In this document: positions 1 through 8,904 of the stretch, in pieces
How the letters are laid out: every line of letters starts with the position of its first letter
How positions within the stretch are numbered: the stretch's first letter is position 1
NCBI GenBank assembly: GCA_963761335.1
Contig: CAVXGR010000025.1
Span: 53,670-117,669, forward strand
Length of the DNA: 64,000 bases
Origin: an uncultured delta proteobacterium
GTDB lineage: Bacteria; Desulfobacterota; Binatia; HRBIN30; BPIQ01
Reading direction: 5' to 3'
Position numbers and translations under genes: made by a program
The notes under the pieces: model-generated
Told to the model about the DNA's origin: nothing
Seen by the model: the letters and a program-made list of their open reading frames with translations, nothing else
Database searches by the model: none

Positions 1-41
1 GTATCGAATGCGTTCGCGGGAAGTGATCGGCGACAAGAGTC

Positions 42-84
42 GAAGCGGCGTCCCGCGGCGTCGAAAGCGCCGGGACGCCGCTTC
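42..84 (-). terminator. GC-rich inverted repeat downstream of sodC, probable terminator
   Basis: gaagcggcgtccc...gggacgccgcttc, 13-bp perfect arms just past the sodC stop; no clear U-tract. Confidence 0.45.
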
Positions 85-107
85 TGCTCCGAAGCGCGGC
101 GGTACGC

Positions 108-656
108 CTACTTCATTCCCTTCTCGATGACGCCGCAGGCAATGCGGTCGCCGGCGTTCCCGGCCGGATCGCTCTTGTAGTCATCCGCACCGGCGTGCAC
201 CACCAGCGCCGAGCCGTCCTTGTCGAAGACGCTGTTCTTGCCCTGCAGGGTTGCGTGCGGATCGAAGATGTCGACCTTCAGCTTGCCGGAATCGGGGACG
301 TCGATGTTGGGGAGGTCGCCGGCGTGATAGCCCGCTGCCTCCTCGAACCCGTGGTGCTTCTTCATCGGGTTGAAATGTCCGCCTGCCGACTTGAAGGGGG
401 GCTCGCACTTGCCGGTCTCGTGAATGTGAAAGGCGTGCGTGCCGGGAGGAAGGTTGGTGAAATCGGCGTGAATGAGCACGCCGTTCGGTGTGCCTTCGAG
501 GGTCGCCTCGCCGACCACTTTGCCCTCGGCGTTCTTCAGGGTTGCGTGCGCCGTCTCCATCTTGCCCTTGCTGGCCATGGGCTCCTCGGCCCATGCGGCG
601 CCGATCAACCCCAGTACTGCCAACCCACAAGCCACTGTTGCGATGCGCTTCATCAT
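108..656 (-). CDS. sodC: Periplasmic Cu/Zn superoxide dismutase
   Basis: Signal peptide; HAFHIHE, GGHFNP, HAGDLPN, VHAGADD and GNAGDRIACGVI motifs. Confidence 0.95.
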   Translation of the reverse strand: MMKRIATVACGLAVLGLIGAAWAEEPMASKGKMETAHATLKNAEGKVVGEATLEGTPNGVLIHADFTNLPPGTHAFHIHETGKCEPPFKSAGGHFNPMKKHHGFEEAAGYHAGDLPNIDVPDSGKLKVDIFDPHATLQGKNSVFDKDGSALVVHAGADDYKSDPAGNAGDRIACGVIEKGMK

Positions 657-746
657 GCGTCCCTCCTTTTCCGCGCGGTCACGCTGCGTTGAACAGCCGC
701 GGATTCTGCCACAGTAAAGCCGCGGAGTCGACCATGCGGGGAAAGA

Positions 747-1085
747 TCAGGCGGCGCGCTTGGATCTGGTGCGCCGCTTCGCCGGTTTCGATTCCGCCGT
801 CTTCGCTGACTTCGCGGCCGTTCGCCTCTCGCCCTTGCTCCCCTGCAGACTGCGGCGCAGGCGTTCCATCAGGTCTACCACCTCGCCGCCCCGCGCCGGC
901 TCTTCGGTCTCCAGCTTGGGCTTCTTCCCCTTCCTCTTCGCCTTGATCACGCGCAGCAGGTTCTCCTGGTACTCGTCCGCGTACTTCTCGGGGGACCACG
1001 GCCCGGCGAGGCTCTCGATCAGGACCGCGTAGCCTCGCTCGCCTCCCTTCCCGGGAACCAGGTAGTACGAGGTGGCTTTGCCCAA
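747..1085 (-). pseudogene. ku: Ku (NHEJ end-binding) protein remnant, N-terminally truncated and internally deleted
   Basis: YYLVPGKGGERGYAVL is fused directly to IESL..WSPEKYADEYQENL..VVDLMERLRRSL plus a basic tail; most of the Ku core is missing. Confidence 0.75.
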
Positions 1086-1431
1086 CGAATCGAGCCCACG
1101 GGGCCGCCGCCGAAGGTTGTTAGGTTTTTACGTTGTTGGTTGTTGGTAAGAAGGGGCGATTGACCTAACAACGTAGCAGCCAACAACCCGCCCGCAGCCG
1201 GGTGTTGACCCGGCAACAGCGACGGATGCCGCGTCGTTCGGGTAACGCGCATGCCGGCGCAGAACCGTATGACCTGTGAACGGAGAGCAGGATGGAGCTG
1301 CAAGACCTACACGGAAGCGGAGCATGCACGGCTCCTTGCCCTTCGGCCAGATGCGGGGGCGTGCGGCGCCGAGTTGGCACGCCATATGCGGCAGGCACAA
1401 ATTGAAAGTTCTCTTCGGAGGAGGTGACCGA

Positions 1432-1731
1432 ATGCCTTCAGCGTGGACAGCAAAAGAGGAGCGCCAGTACGAGCACATCAAGAAGAGCGCCCGGAAGCGC
1501 GGCCGCTCAGCCAGCCGGGCCAAGGAGATCGCCGCCCGTACGGTGAACAGGGAGCGGCGGCAGCGAGGCGAGACGCCCAACAAGAAGACCCAGGGTACCG
1601 GCAATCCGAACACATCCCTGGGCGAGCGGACAGTGAGGGAGCTGCGCAATCGCGCCTCGGGGCTCGACATCGAAGGGCGGAGCAAGATGAACAAGGCGGA
1701 GCTGGTTCGCGCCATTCGCCGTCACAGCTGA
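1432..1731 (+). CDS. Small basic protein with a C-terminal Rho-N-like domain ('plasmid stabilization protein' type)
   Basis: Strong RBS ggaggagg before ATG 1432; ERQYEHIK..AARTVN and IEGRSKMNKAEL motifs. Confidence 0.75.
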   Translation: MPSAWTAKEERQYEHIKKSARKRGRSASRAKEIAARTVNRERRQRGETPNKKTQGTGNPNTSLGERTVRELRNRASGLDIEGRSKMNKAELVRAIRRHS

Positions 1732-1779
1732 GGCGATTGGCGAAGTGCGTATCGGCGGCTATCCACGCAGTGTCCTCAC

Positions 1780-2739
1780 ATGAACGACCGCGCTAATGGT
1801 CAGCCGTTCGGCGGCGCATTCAACGCGAACCGTCGATCCCACACGGCATCGCCGACGGCGGGTTCGCGCTCCTCCGCCGACGGCTCGCGGCTGCATCCGC
1901 ATGCCCGTCGCTTCTTCCGGCGGATTCTTTCCACCATCAATTCCTCCGGGGTTCCGACGCTGGTCGGCGGCGATTTTGCTCTCGAGTGCTTTACCAGCAT
2001 CAGCCACCGAAGCAAGAATCTGGAACTTTTCGTTCGGCCGGGCGATCGGCACCAGCTCCTGGACGTCCTCGCGGATGCCGGCTTCGAGACGCAGATGGCG
2101 CATCCGCACTGGCTGGCGAAAGTGTTCCGCGGCGACGACGTCGTCGATCTCGTCTTCAACTCCGGAAACGGGGCGGTTCCCGTCGACGACGACTGGTTCG
2201 AGTGCGCCGTGCCAAGCGACATCGTGGGCGTGCCGGTGATGCTCTGTCCGATCGAGGAGACGATCTGGTCGAAGGCATACGTGATGGAGCGCGAGCGCTA
2301 CGACGGTGCCGACGTTGCCCATCTCTTGCTCTGCCACGGGGCGAAGCTCGACTGGCGGCGGCTGCTGCGTCGCTTCGGGCCGCACTGGCAGCTGCTGCTG
2401 ACGCACTTGGTGCTCTTCTCTTTCATCTACCCGGAAGAGAGCAGGCATCTGCCGGCCTGGCTCGTCGAGGAGCTGCTCTCGCGCCTGCGCACCCAGCAAG
2501 AAGAGGGCGACGCCAAGGTCTGCCGGGGCGGCCTGCTGTCGCGCGCCCAGTACATCGTCGATTTCGAGCGCTGGCGTTACCTCGATGCTCGTCTGTATCC
2601 CCACGGCATGATGTCAGCCGCGGAGATCGCCGAATCGACGCGGACGATCGACGAGCCCCATTCGCCCACGGAGGAGCGGCACGCCTTTGCGGAGCGCATG
2701 GAGGCCGAGGCGGAGCGGCGGGGAGAGAACAAGGGATGA
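1780..2739 (+). CDS. Nucleotidyltransferase-family protein
   Basis: LVGGDFAL..SKNLELFV, WSKAYVMERERYDGADV and CRGGLLSRAQY motifs; the usual DLD metal motif reads NLE. Confidence 0.7.
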   Translation: MNDRANGQPFGGAFNANRRSHTASPTAGSRSSADGSRLHPHARRFFRRILSTINSSGVPTLVGGDFALECFTSISHRSKNLELFVRPGDRHQLLDVLADAGFETQMAHPHWLAKVFRGDDVVDLVFNSGNGAVPVDDDWFECAVPSDIVGVPVMLCPIEETIWSKAYVMERERYDGADVAHLLLCHGAKLDWRRLLRRFGPHWQLLLTHLVLFSFIYPEESRHLPAWLVEELLSRLRTQQEEGDAKVCRGGLLSRAQYIVDFERWRYLDARLYPHGMMSAAEIAESTRTIDEPHSPTEERHAFAERMEAEAERRGENKG

Positions 2740-2763
2740 CGGAAGGCGGGGAGCTACCGGAGC

Positions 2764-3771
2764 TCACGCGATTTCCCAGATACCGCCGGCGAGGGCGACC
2801 GCGGCGGCGCCGACCAGGGCCAGGATATTTCGGTGCTTGCTCAGCCACAGCTGCGAAGATCGGTAAGAGGCGCGATCGTCGAATCTTCCATGGGCGCCGT
2901 GATCTCCGGGAACGGGCGTCCATAGATTGTCTGGCCGGGCCGGGTCGCGCGGCTGATCCGTCTGCTGAGACTCGAACCCGGTTCGCGCCAGGTAGTGATC
3001 GGCGACCGCGGGCGCCAGCTTGTTGCCGATCACGGTCATCACGGTAGGCCAGCCGACGAAGAACTCCCGCCGGGGATGGTGCGCGGCGTAGAAGATGGCG
3101 TCGGCAGGAACCTCGGGCTGGTAGATCGGCGGTACTGGTTGTCCTTCCTTCGGCAGCCGGCTCTTCACCCAGCCGAACTGCGGCGTGTTCACCGCCGGCA
3201 GGTTGACGACGGTGACTCGTACGTGAGAGCGGTCGTGCATCAGCTCGGCGCGCAGCGATTCGGTGAATCCGATGATCGCGTGCTTGGCCGCGCAGTAGGA
3301 CGATTGCAGCGGTATGCCGCGATAGGCCAGGGCCGAGCCCACCTGGACGATCACGCCGCGATCGCGAGGAAGCATGCGCTTGAGCGCTGCCAGGGTTCCG
3401 TGAACCACGCCGAGATAGGTCACCTCGGTGACTCGCCGATACTCGTCCGGCTGCATCTCCTTGACCTCGGAGAACACCGAGGTCATGGCGTTGTTCACCC
3501 AGATGTCGATGGGTCCGAAGCGCTCCTCGACGGCGCCGGCGGCGCGCTCTACGGCCTCGGCGTCGGCGACGTCGGCGGGAAGGACGATGGCCTCGCCGCC
3601 CAGCTCCTCTACCTCTCGCTGCGCCGCCCGCAGGCCCTCTTCGCCGCGCGCCATCAGCCCGATGCGCGCCCCCCGGCGCGCAAACCGGCGGGCCGTAGCG
3701 CGCCCGACACCGGCGGAAGCGCCGGTGATCACTACGATCTCTCTGCAGTTCTGCACGGGGGTGGTCAGCAT
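2764..3771 (-). CDS. Short-chain dehydrogenase/reductase
   Basis: TGASAGVG, NNA and YCAAK catalytic motifs; start inferred at ATG 3771. Confidence 0.9.
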   Translation of the reverse strand: MLTTPVQNCREIVVITGASAGVGRATARRFARRGARIGLMARGEEGLRAAQREVEELGGEAIVLPADVADAEAVERAAGAVEERFGPIDIWVNNAMTSVFSEVKEMQPDEYRRVTEVTYLGVVHGTLAALKRMLPRDRGVIVQVGSALAYRGIPLQSSYCAAKHAIIGFTESLRAELMHDRSHVRVTVVNLPAVNTPQFGWVKSRLPKEGQPVPPIYQPEVPADAIFYAAHHPRREFFVGWPTVMTVIGNKLAPAVADHYLARTGFESQQTDQPRDPARPDNLWTPVPGDHGAHGRFDDRASYRSSQLWLSKHRNILALVGAAAVALAGGIWEIA

Positions 3772-4086
3772 CAATACTCGTGCCGGGTGGACCCTTCGAT
3801 GCGGAGCATTGCTGACTCGGGCTCGCCGTGGCGGCGCGGCGCAGGAGTTCGACAAACGAACGGAAGGAATTACATTCGCGGATTCTCGATACGTGCCCCC
3901 GCACACGCCTGTGGCGCGCCAGCCTCCGCCCCCGCCGCCACGCCACCGCGGGCCCGGCGAAATTTCCTGTTAACGAAGGCGCTTCTGCTTGCTACTCTCC
4001 GGCGCCGCCAAAACGTTCCGCGGGTGGAGGTTGGGGATGGTTGCAGAAGAGAATGGGGGGCGAAACGTGCCCTTTGCGAAGGGAAC

Positions 4087-5814
4087 ATGAAGGTCTGGCT
4101 GCTGCTGCTGGCACTTCTGTGCGGGGCGTTCGCCCTGAGCGCGCCGGTGCGCGCCGAGGTCGTCGTCACGGTCAACGGGGGCAGCGGCGCACCCGGCGAT
4201 TCCGTGAAGGTCGATCTCTTGCTTCGCGCCGACGGAGGCGAAACGATCTCCGCGATCGACACGACTCTCCACTTCGACCCCAAGGCCATCCCAGCCGGCG
4301 TGAAGGGCACAGGGCGGCCCGCATGCCAAGGGGGGATGGTGGGGACATTCGCCGCCAGCGCCTTCGGACCCCTCGGCTGCGACCCCTCCCGCCACCAGTG
4401 TACCTCAGTGCGCATCGTCATCCTCGGGATCGAGGCGCCGCAGGCCATCGCCGAGGGCGTCCTCGCCTACTCGTGCACGATGCAAATTCTGCGCAGTACC
4501 GGGCCGGGCCGCTACGCGCTCACACTGAGCGGCGCCGAGTACGCCACGCCCGCTGGGGAAGCTTACCCGGCGACCGTCGTCGATGGCAGCATCGAGGTGC
4601 TGCCCCCCGGCGGCGACCCGACCCCGACCCCACAGGGGGCGCGCACTCCAGCATGCACCGGTGACTGCGACGGCAGCGGCTCCGTCTCCGCCGACGATCT
4701 CACCGCTTTCAGCCGCGCCCTCTTCGATGCCGATGCGGTGAGCGGCTGCACGGTCGACGATCCGCCGCAGCCGCTTTCGGTGGCCCGTCTGGTGGCGGCG
4801 GTGAAGAACGCCGCCGGCACCTGCCACAGGCTGCCGACGCCGTCGTCGACCGCAACGCTCGAGCCCACGGCGCCGCCGCCGACGGCATCGCCGAGCCCAC
4901 GTCCGACGAACAGCCCGACGCCCACCATGACGCCGCGGCGCGCTTCGACCCGCACCCCGACGGCGCCGAAGCCGGCGACCTCGAGCCCAACCGGCACGCG
5001 CACGGCGACTCCGAGCCGCACCCGGTCGGAAACGCGTACGCCGACGCGGACGCGCTCGGCGACCCGCACCCGCACGCCGACGCGGACGCGCACGTCAACC
5101 AAGTCGTCGACGCCGACGCCGTCGCTGACACCGAGGCGCACTCCCACGGCCTCGGCCTCCCCGAGCGCAACGCCGATGGTGACGCCGACAGCGACTGGTG
5201 CCGGCGAGCTGGCTGCCAGCCCGACGCCGACACCCAGCCCGGATGGCTTCATTGGCCCGGAGATCACCTTCATGGGCCTGGCCCAGGCAGACAACGCCCT
5301 GCTGCAGCCGCTCGGCGCAGACGGCTCGGGAGTGCCGGTCTACGGCGGCCTCTTCGGCTTCGGGTTCCGACTGCTTGTCGAGGGTCGCCCGGGCCCCTCG
5401 CTGCAGGCCGTCGGCACTCGCAGTCGCGCCGCGAGCGACGACGAGCTCCCCGATCTGCTGATCGAGGTCGATCGCCCGCTCGGGGACGGCGATCCGCGGC
5501 CATGTCGCAACGGTGTGCCGGCCATCGATCCGCCGGGCTTTTCTCCGGCAGACGCCAACGCCTTCAACGATCTCGGCTGCCGTTTCATCGACGGCAGCGG
5601 TCTGCCGCGCGGCCGGGCTCTGTCGAGTGGCTGCGTCTTGCTGGCCCAGGGCGGCTATGGCTTCGCCTCGAGTGCCTCCGCGATTCAGTTCTGTGCGCAG
5701 ATTCCGTCCTCGCTCTCCTTCCCGCGGGGAGACACGCTGGTCACCGCCCGCCTTCGCGACCGCGACGGCAACCTCGGAAGCGCGGCGCAGATCATCGTCC
5801 GTGTTCCCCTGTGA
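4087..5814 (+). CDS. Secreted protein with cohesin-like and dockerin-like modules and a long Pro/Thr/Arg-rich linker
   Basis: Signal peptide MKVWLLLLALLCG; CTGDCDGSGSVSADDL; TPTRTR repeats; C-terminal beta domain. Confidence 0.7.
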   Translation: MKVWLLLLALLCGAFALSAPVRAEVVVTVNGGSGAPGDSVKVDLLLRADGGETISAIDTTLHFDPKAIPAGVKGTGRPACQGGMVGTFAASAFGPLGCDPSRHQCTSVRIVILGIEAPQAIAEGVLAYSCTMQILRSTGPGRYALTLSGAEYATPAGEAYPATVVDGSIEVLPPGGDPTPTPQGARTPACTGDCDGSGSVSADDLTAFSRALFDADAVSGCTVDDPPQPLSVARLVAAVKNAAGTCHRLPTPSSTATLEPTAPPPTASPSPRPTNSPTPTMTPRRASTRTPTAPKPATSSPTGTRTATPSRTRSETRTPTRTRSATRTRTPTRTRTSTKSSTPTPSLTPRRTPTASASPSATPMVTPTATGAGELAASPTPTPSPDGFIGPEITFMGLAQADNALLQPLGADGSGVPVYGGLFGFGFRLLVEGRPGPSLQAVGTRSRAASDDELPDLLIEVDRPLGDGDPRPCRNGVPAIDPPGFSPADANAFNDLGCRFIDGSGLPRGRALSSGCVLLAQGGYGFASSASAIQFCAQIPSSLSFPRGDTLVTARLRDRDGNLGSAAQIIVRVPL

Positions 5815-5873
5815 GGCGACGCTGGCGGCACACTGTCGCCAGTGACATAAGGAGGGGGGCGAGGGGACGCAGG

Positions 5874-6200
5874 GTGGGCGATTGGAGCGAGCTACTCAAT
5901 GGACCGCTGGCGGGCCTCGGCTTCGGGGGTGCGGCGGGTGCGGTGGTCGGCTATGCCGCCAAGAAGATGACCAAGCTGGTGGCGATTCTGCTCGGCGTTC
6001 TCTTCATCCTCATCCAGGCGCTCGTCTATCTCGGCTGGATCACCGTCCACTGGGAGGCCGTGCAGACGGCGGCGGAGGGCGTCTGGAGGGGCCCCCAGGG
6101 GGTCACCCTGGCGCAGCGCGCCATCGACGTGATCACCTTCAACCTGCCCTTTGGCGGCGGTTTTCTCGTCGGCTTTGCAATCGGCTTCAAGCTCGGCTGA
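5874..6200 (+). CDS. FUN14-family small membrane protein
   Basis: GFGGAAGAVVGYAAKK...GGGFLVGFAIGFKLG; GTG start inferred. Confidence 0.75.
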   Translation: MGDWSELLNGPLAGLGFGGAAGAVVGYAAKKMTKLVAILLGVLFILIQALVYLGWITVHWEAVQTAAEGVWRGPQGVTLAQRAIDVITFNLPFGGGFLVGFAIGFKLG

Positions 6201-6228
6201 ACTGCCGCTGCGGGCTAGCCGCTGCGGG

Positions 6229-8904
6229 CTAGCGACCGCCGCCGGGGCGGCCCCAGCGGGCCGCGAGCTGGCGATCGGGAAGTCGCCAGAGGCTGGCGTG
6301 CAGGCGCTGTACGAGCTCGGCGTCGGAAAGGACGATCTGGCGCTCCCGCAAGCCGAGACTTGCCGGACCTTCGGCGATCGCCCGCCGCAGCAGAGCCTGG
6401 CGCTGTTCGCGGATGCGTGGCCGCAGCCGGCGAGGGGGGCCCAGGAGCGCCTGATGCAGGGCGTTGACGTAGGGATCGACCGCGGCGCGCACGAAGCCGT
6501 CGAGCTCGGCATGCGGCAGCGCCTCGGAGTGCTGCTGCGCCCGCTGCAGATTCACTTCCAGGTCGCGCAGCTCCAGGGGCGGCTCGGTCTCCTCCGGAAT
6601 GAGAAACAGGCCCCAAGCGCGGGCGCGCTCGCCGAGGCTCACGCGACTGGCGAGGACGGAGAGCGGGATCGACAGGATCAGCGCCCCGATGATCGGCGTC
6701 ACCCACCAGAAGTAGTCCGGGTTGAGAAGGTAGAGCGTGGTTCCCCAGGCGGTCGCGAAGACGGTGTCGAGGCCGTGGTGGCGAATGGCCTCGAGCCATC
6801 CGGTCTCGGCGTCCCCCCGCCCCTGTGAACGCCAGCTGACGGTGCGCCCGAGGAGATTCTGGATGACGAACTTGCTGTGGAACAGCATGCGGATCGGGGC
6901 GAACAGGCTGGAGAGCAGCACCTCCAGGAAGGCGCTCAGCGACAGGCGGATCGCGCCTCCGTAAGCGCGCGCGTTGCGGCCTTTGAAGACGATCAGCAGC
7001 ACGCTCAAGATCTTCGGCACGAAGAGAATCATGCCGGTGACGGCGAGCAGTGCCAGAGCCCAGTCGGGGCGCCACACCGGCCACAGCGGGAAGAGGCGGT
7101 GGGCCGTCGGAAAGTACTCCGGGGGTCGGAGGGCGTTGATGATGGCCTCGGCGGTGCTGAGAATCAGAAAGCAGAGCCAGAGGAGAGCGGAGACGTAGGA
7201 CATAATCCCGTTGAGGAAAAGGGCGCGGTGCGCCCCAAAGAAGCCTTCGGTCGGCACCAGCCGCAGGTGCTGCAGGTTCCCCTGGCACCAGCGCCGATCG
7301 CGCTTCATCTCCTCCAGCAACGTCGAGGGAGTCTCCTCGTAGCTGCCCGGCAGATGGTAGGCGAGCCAGAGAGTCCAGCCGGCGCGGCCGAGCAGGGCGG
7401 CCTCGACGAAGTCGTGGCTGAGGATCTCGCCGCCCAGCGGGGGCTTGCCCGGCAGCGGCGCCAGACCGCAGTGGTCGGCAAACGGCTTGATGCGAATGAT
7501 GGCGTTGTGGCCCCAGTACTGCCCCTCGCCGAGCTGCCAGAAGTGCAGGCCGGCGGCGAACATCGGGCTGTAGATCCGGCCGGCAAACTGCTGCACGCGG
7601 GCGAACAGGGAGCGGCGGTTGACGGAGATCGGCGCCGTCTGGATCATGCCGACGCCGGCGTGCTTCTCCATCAGCTGCGCCAGCCGCACGATGCAGTCGC
7701 CGCTCATCACGCTGTCGGCGTCGAGCATGACCATGTAGCGATACCGTGGGCCCCAGCGCCGGCAGAAGTCCGCGACGTTGCCGCTCTTGCGCTTCAGGCG
7801 GACCTTGCGGCGGCGGTAGAAGATCCGCTCGAAGCCGCCGACGTCCCGGCACCAGTCGGCCCACGCTTCCTCCTCCCGGATCCATACGGCCGGATCGCCG
7901 GTGTCGCTGAGGACGAAGAAGTCGAAATGCTCGAGCTGGCCGGTGCGCCGCAGCGATTCGTATATGGCTCGCAGGCCGGCGAAGACGCGGTCCACCGGCT
8001 CCTGCGCGATCGGCATGACGATCGCCGTGCGCGCCTCCGGCCCCAGCTCACCGACCTCCTCGCCGTCGAGATGGGTGATGGCGAAGCGATCGGGCCTGCC
8101 GATCAGCAGGAAGAAGCCCATCAGCGCCGTCCAAAAGCCGATCGATATCCAGCCGAAGAGCGCCGCAAAAAAGAGGGCGATGACGATCTCCAGGGCACTG
8201 TTCCCCTTCTGCGGCAATACCTCGATCATGAACTGGCTGGCGATGATGCTGGGGATGAGCACCAGAAAGCCGAGAAGCAGCCGACGGCGCCGCGCCACCC
8301 GCGCCCATGGCTGCCCACTCCGCCCGCGCCGCAGCGGCAGCTCGTCCGCGACCGAGGCGGCGACGCGGCTGCCGAGCAGGCGGCGTAGAAGGCGGCGAAA
8401 AACGCGGCGTTCGACGCGTGCCGGAACCATGGAGCGGCGATTCAGTGGCGGCACCGCGCAGAGCTGCGCCCCGTCGCGTACCGGCAGGGGCGCCGCCGCA
8501 CCGCGTGAAGTGCCGCCGTTGGCGAATTGGCCGCTGAGCTTGCCCCAGAGCCGCCACCCGAGAAACTCGTCCTCGGTGGCGGGCGCCGCCTCAGGAGGGG
8601 GCGGATACTGGCGCGGCAGCAGGCGACGCAGTGCCGCGAAGGTCTCGGCAACCGCATCGCTGTCGCCGCTCCAGGAGTCGCTCGCGAGCGCCGATTCGAC
8701 CGCCTGCGCGGCAAGCTCCTCCTGCTTTTCGGGCGGTACCCGCAGGGCGTCCAGGTAGGCGACGGCGCGCGCCTGCGCCTCCTTCCAGTTCTGCAGAAGA
8801 CGCGCCGACGGCACCGCCAGGGACGGAGCCGCGGACGTCTGCGACTTGCCGCTGGTGTCGGCAGACTCGGCCGGTTCCCCGGCCACGACTGGTTTCTCGC
8901 TCAC
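6229..8904 (-). CDS. opgH: Osmoregulated periplasmic glucan glucosyltransferase OpgH/MdoH
   Basis: RKSGNVADFCRRWG, LDADS, YWGHNAIIR, ILSHDFVEAA and RDRRWCQGNLQH; GTG start overlaps the opgG stop. Confidence 0.95.
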   Translation of the reverse strand: MSEKPVVAGEPAESADTSGKSQTSAAPSLAVPSARLLQNWKEAQARAVAYLDALRVPPEKQEELAAQAVESALASDSWSGDSDAVAETFAALRRLLPRQYPPPPEAAPATEDEFLGWRLWGKLSGQFANGGTSRGAAAPLPVRDGAQLCAVPPLNRRSMVPARVERRVFRRLLRRLLGSRVAASVADELPLRRGRSGQPWARVARRRRLLLGFLVLIPSIIASQFMIEVLPQKGNSALEIVIALFFAALFGWISIGFWTALMGFFLLIGRPDRFAITHLDGEEVGELGPEARTAIVMPIAQEPVDRVFAGLRAIYESLRRTGQLEHFDFFVLSDTGDPAVWIREEEAWADWCRDVGGFERIFYRRRKVRLKRKSGNVADFCRRWGPRYRYMVMLDADSVMSGDCIVRLAQLMEKHAGVGMIQTAPISVNRRSLFARVQQFAGRIYSPMFAAGLHFWQLGEGQYWGHNAIIRIKPFADHCGLAPLPGKPPLGGEILSHDFVEAALLGRAGWTLWLAYHLPGSYEETPSTLLEEMKRDRRWCQGNLQHLRLVPTEGFFGAHRALFLNGIMSYVSALLWLCFLILSTAEAIINALRPPEYFPTAHRLFPLWPVWRPDWALALLAVTGMILFVPKILSVLLIVFKGRNARAYGGAIRLSLSAFLEVLLSSLFAPIRMLFHSKFVIQNLLGRTVSWRSQGRGDAETGWLEAIRHHGLDTVFATAWGTTLYLLNPDYFWWVTPIIGALILSIPLSVLASRVSLGERARAWGLFLIPEETEPPLELRDLEVNLQRAQQHSEALPHAELDGFVRAAVDPYVNALHQALLGPPRRLRPRIREQRQALLRRAIAEGPASLGLRERQIVLSDAELVQRLHASLWRLPDRQLAARWGRPGGGR

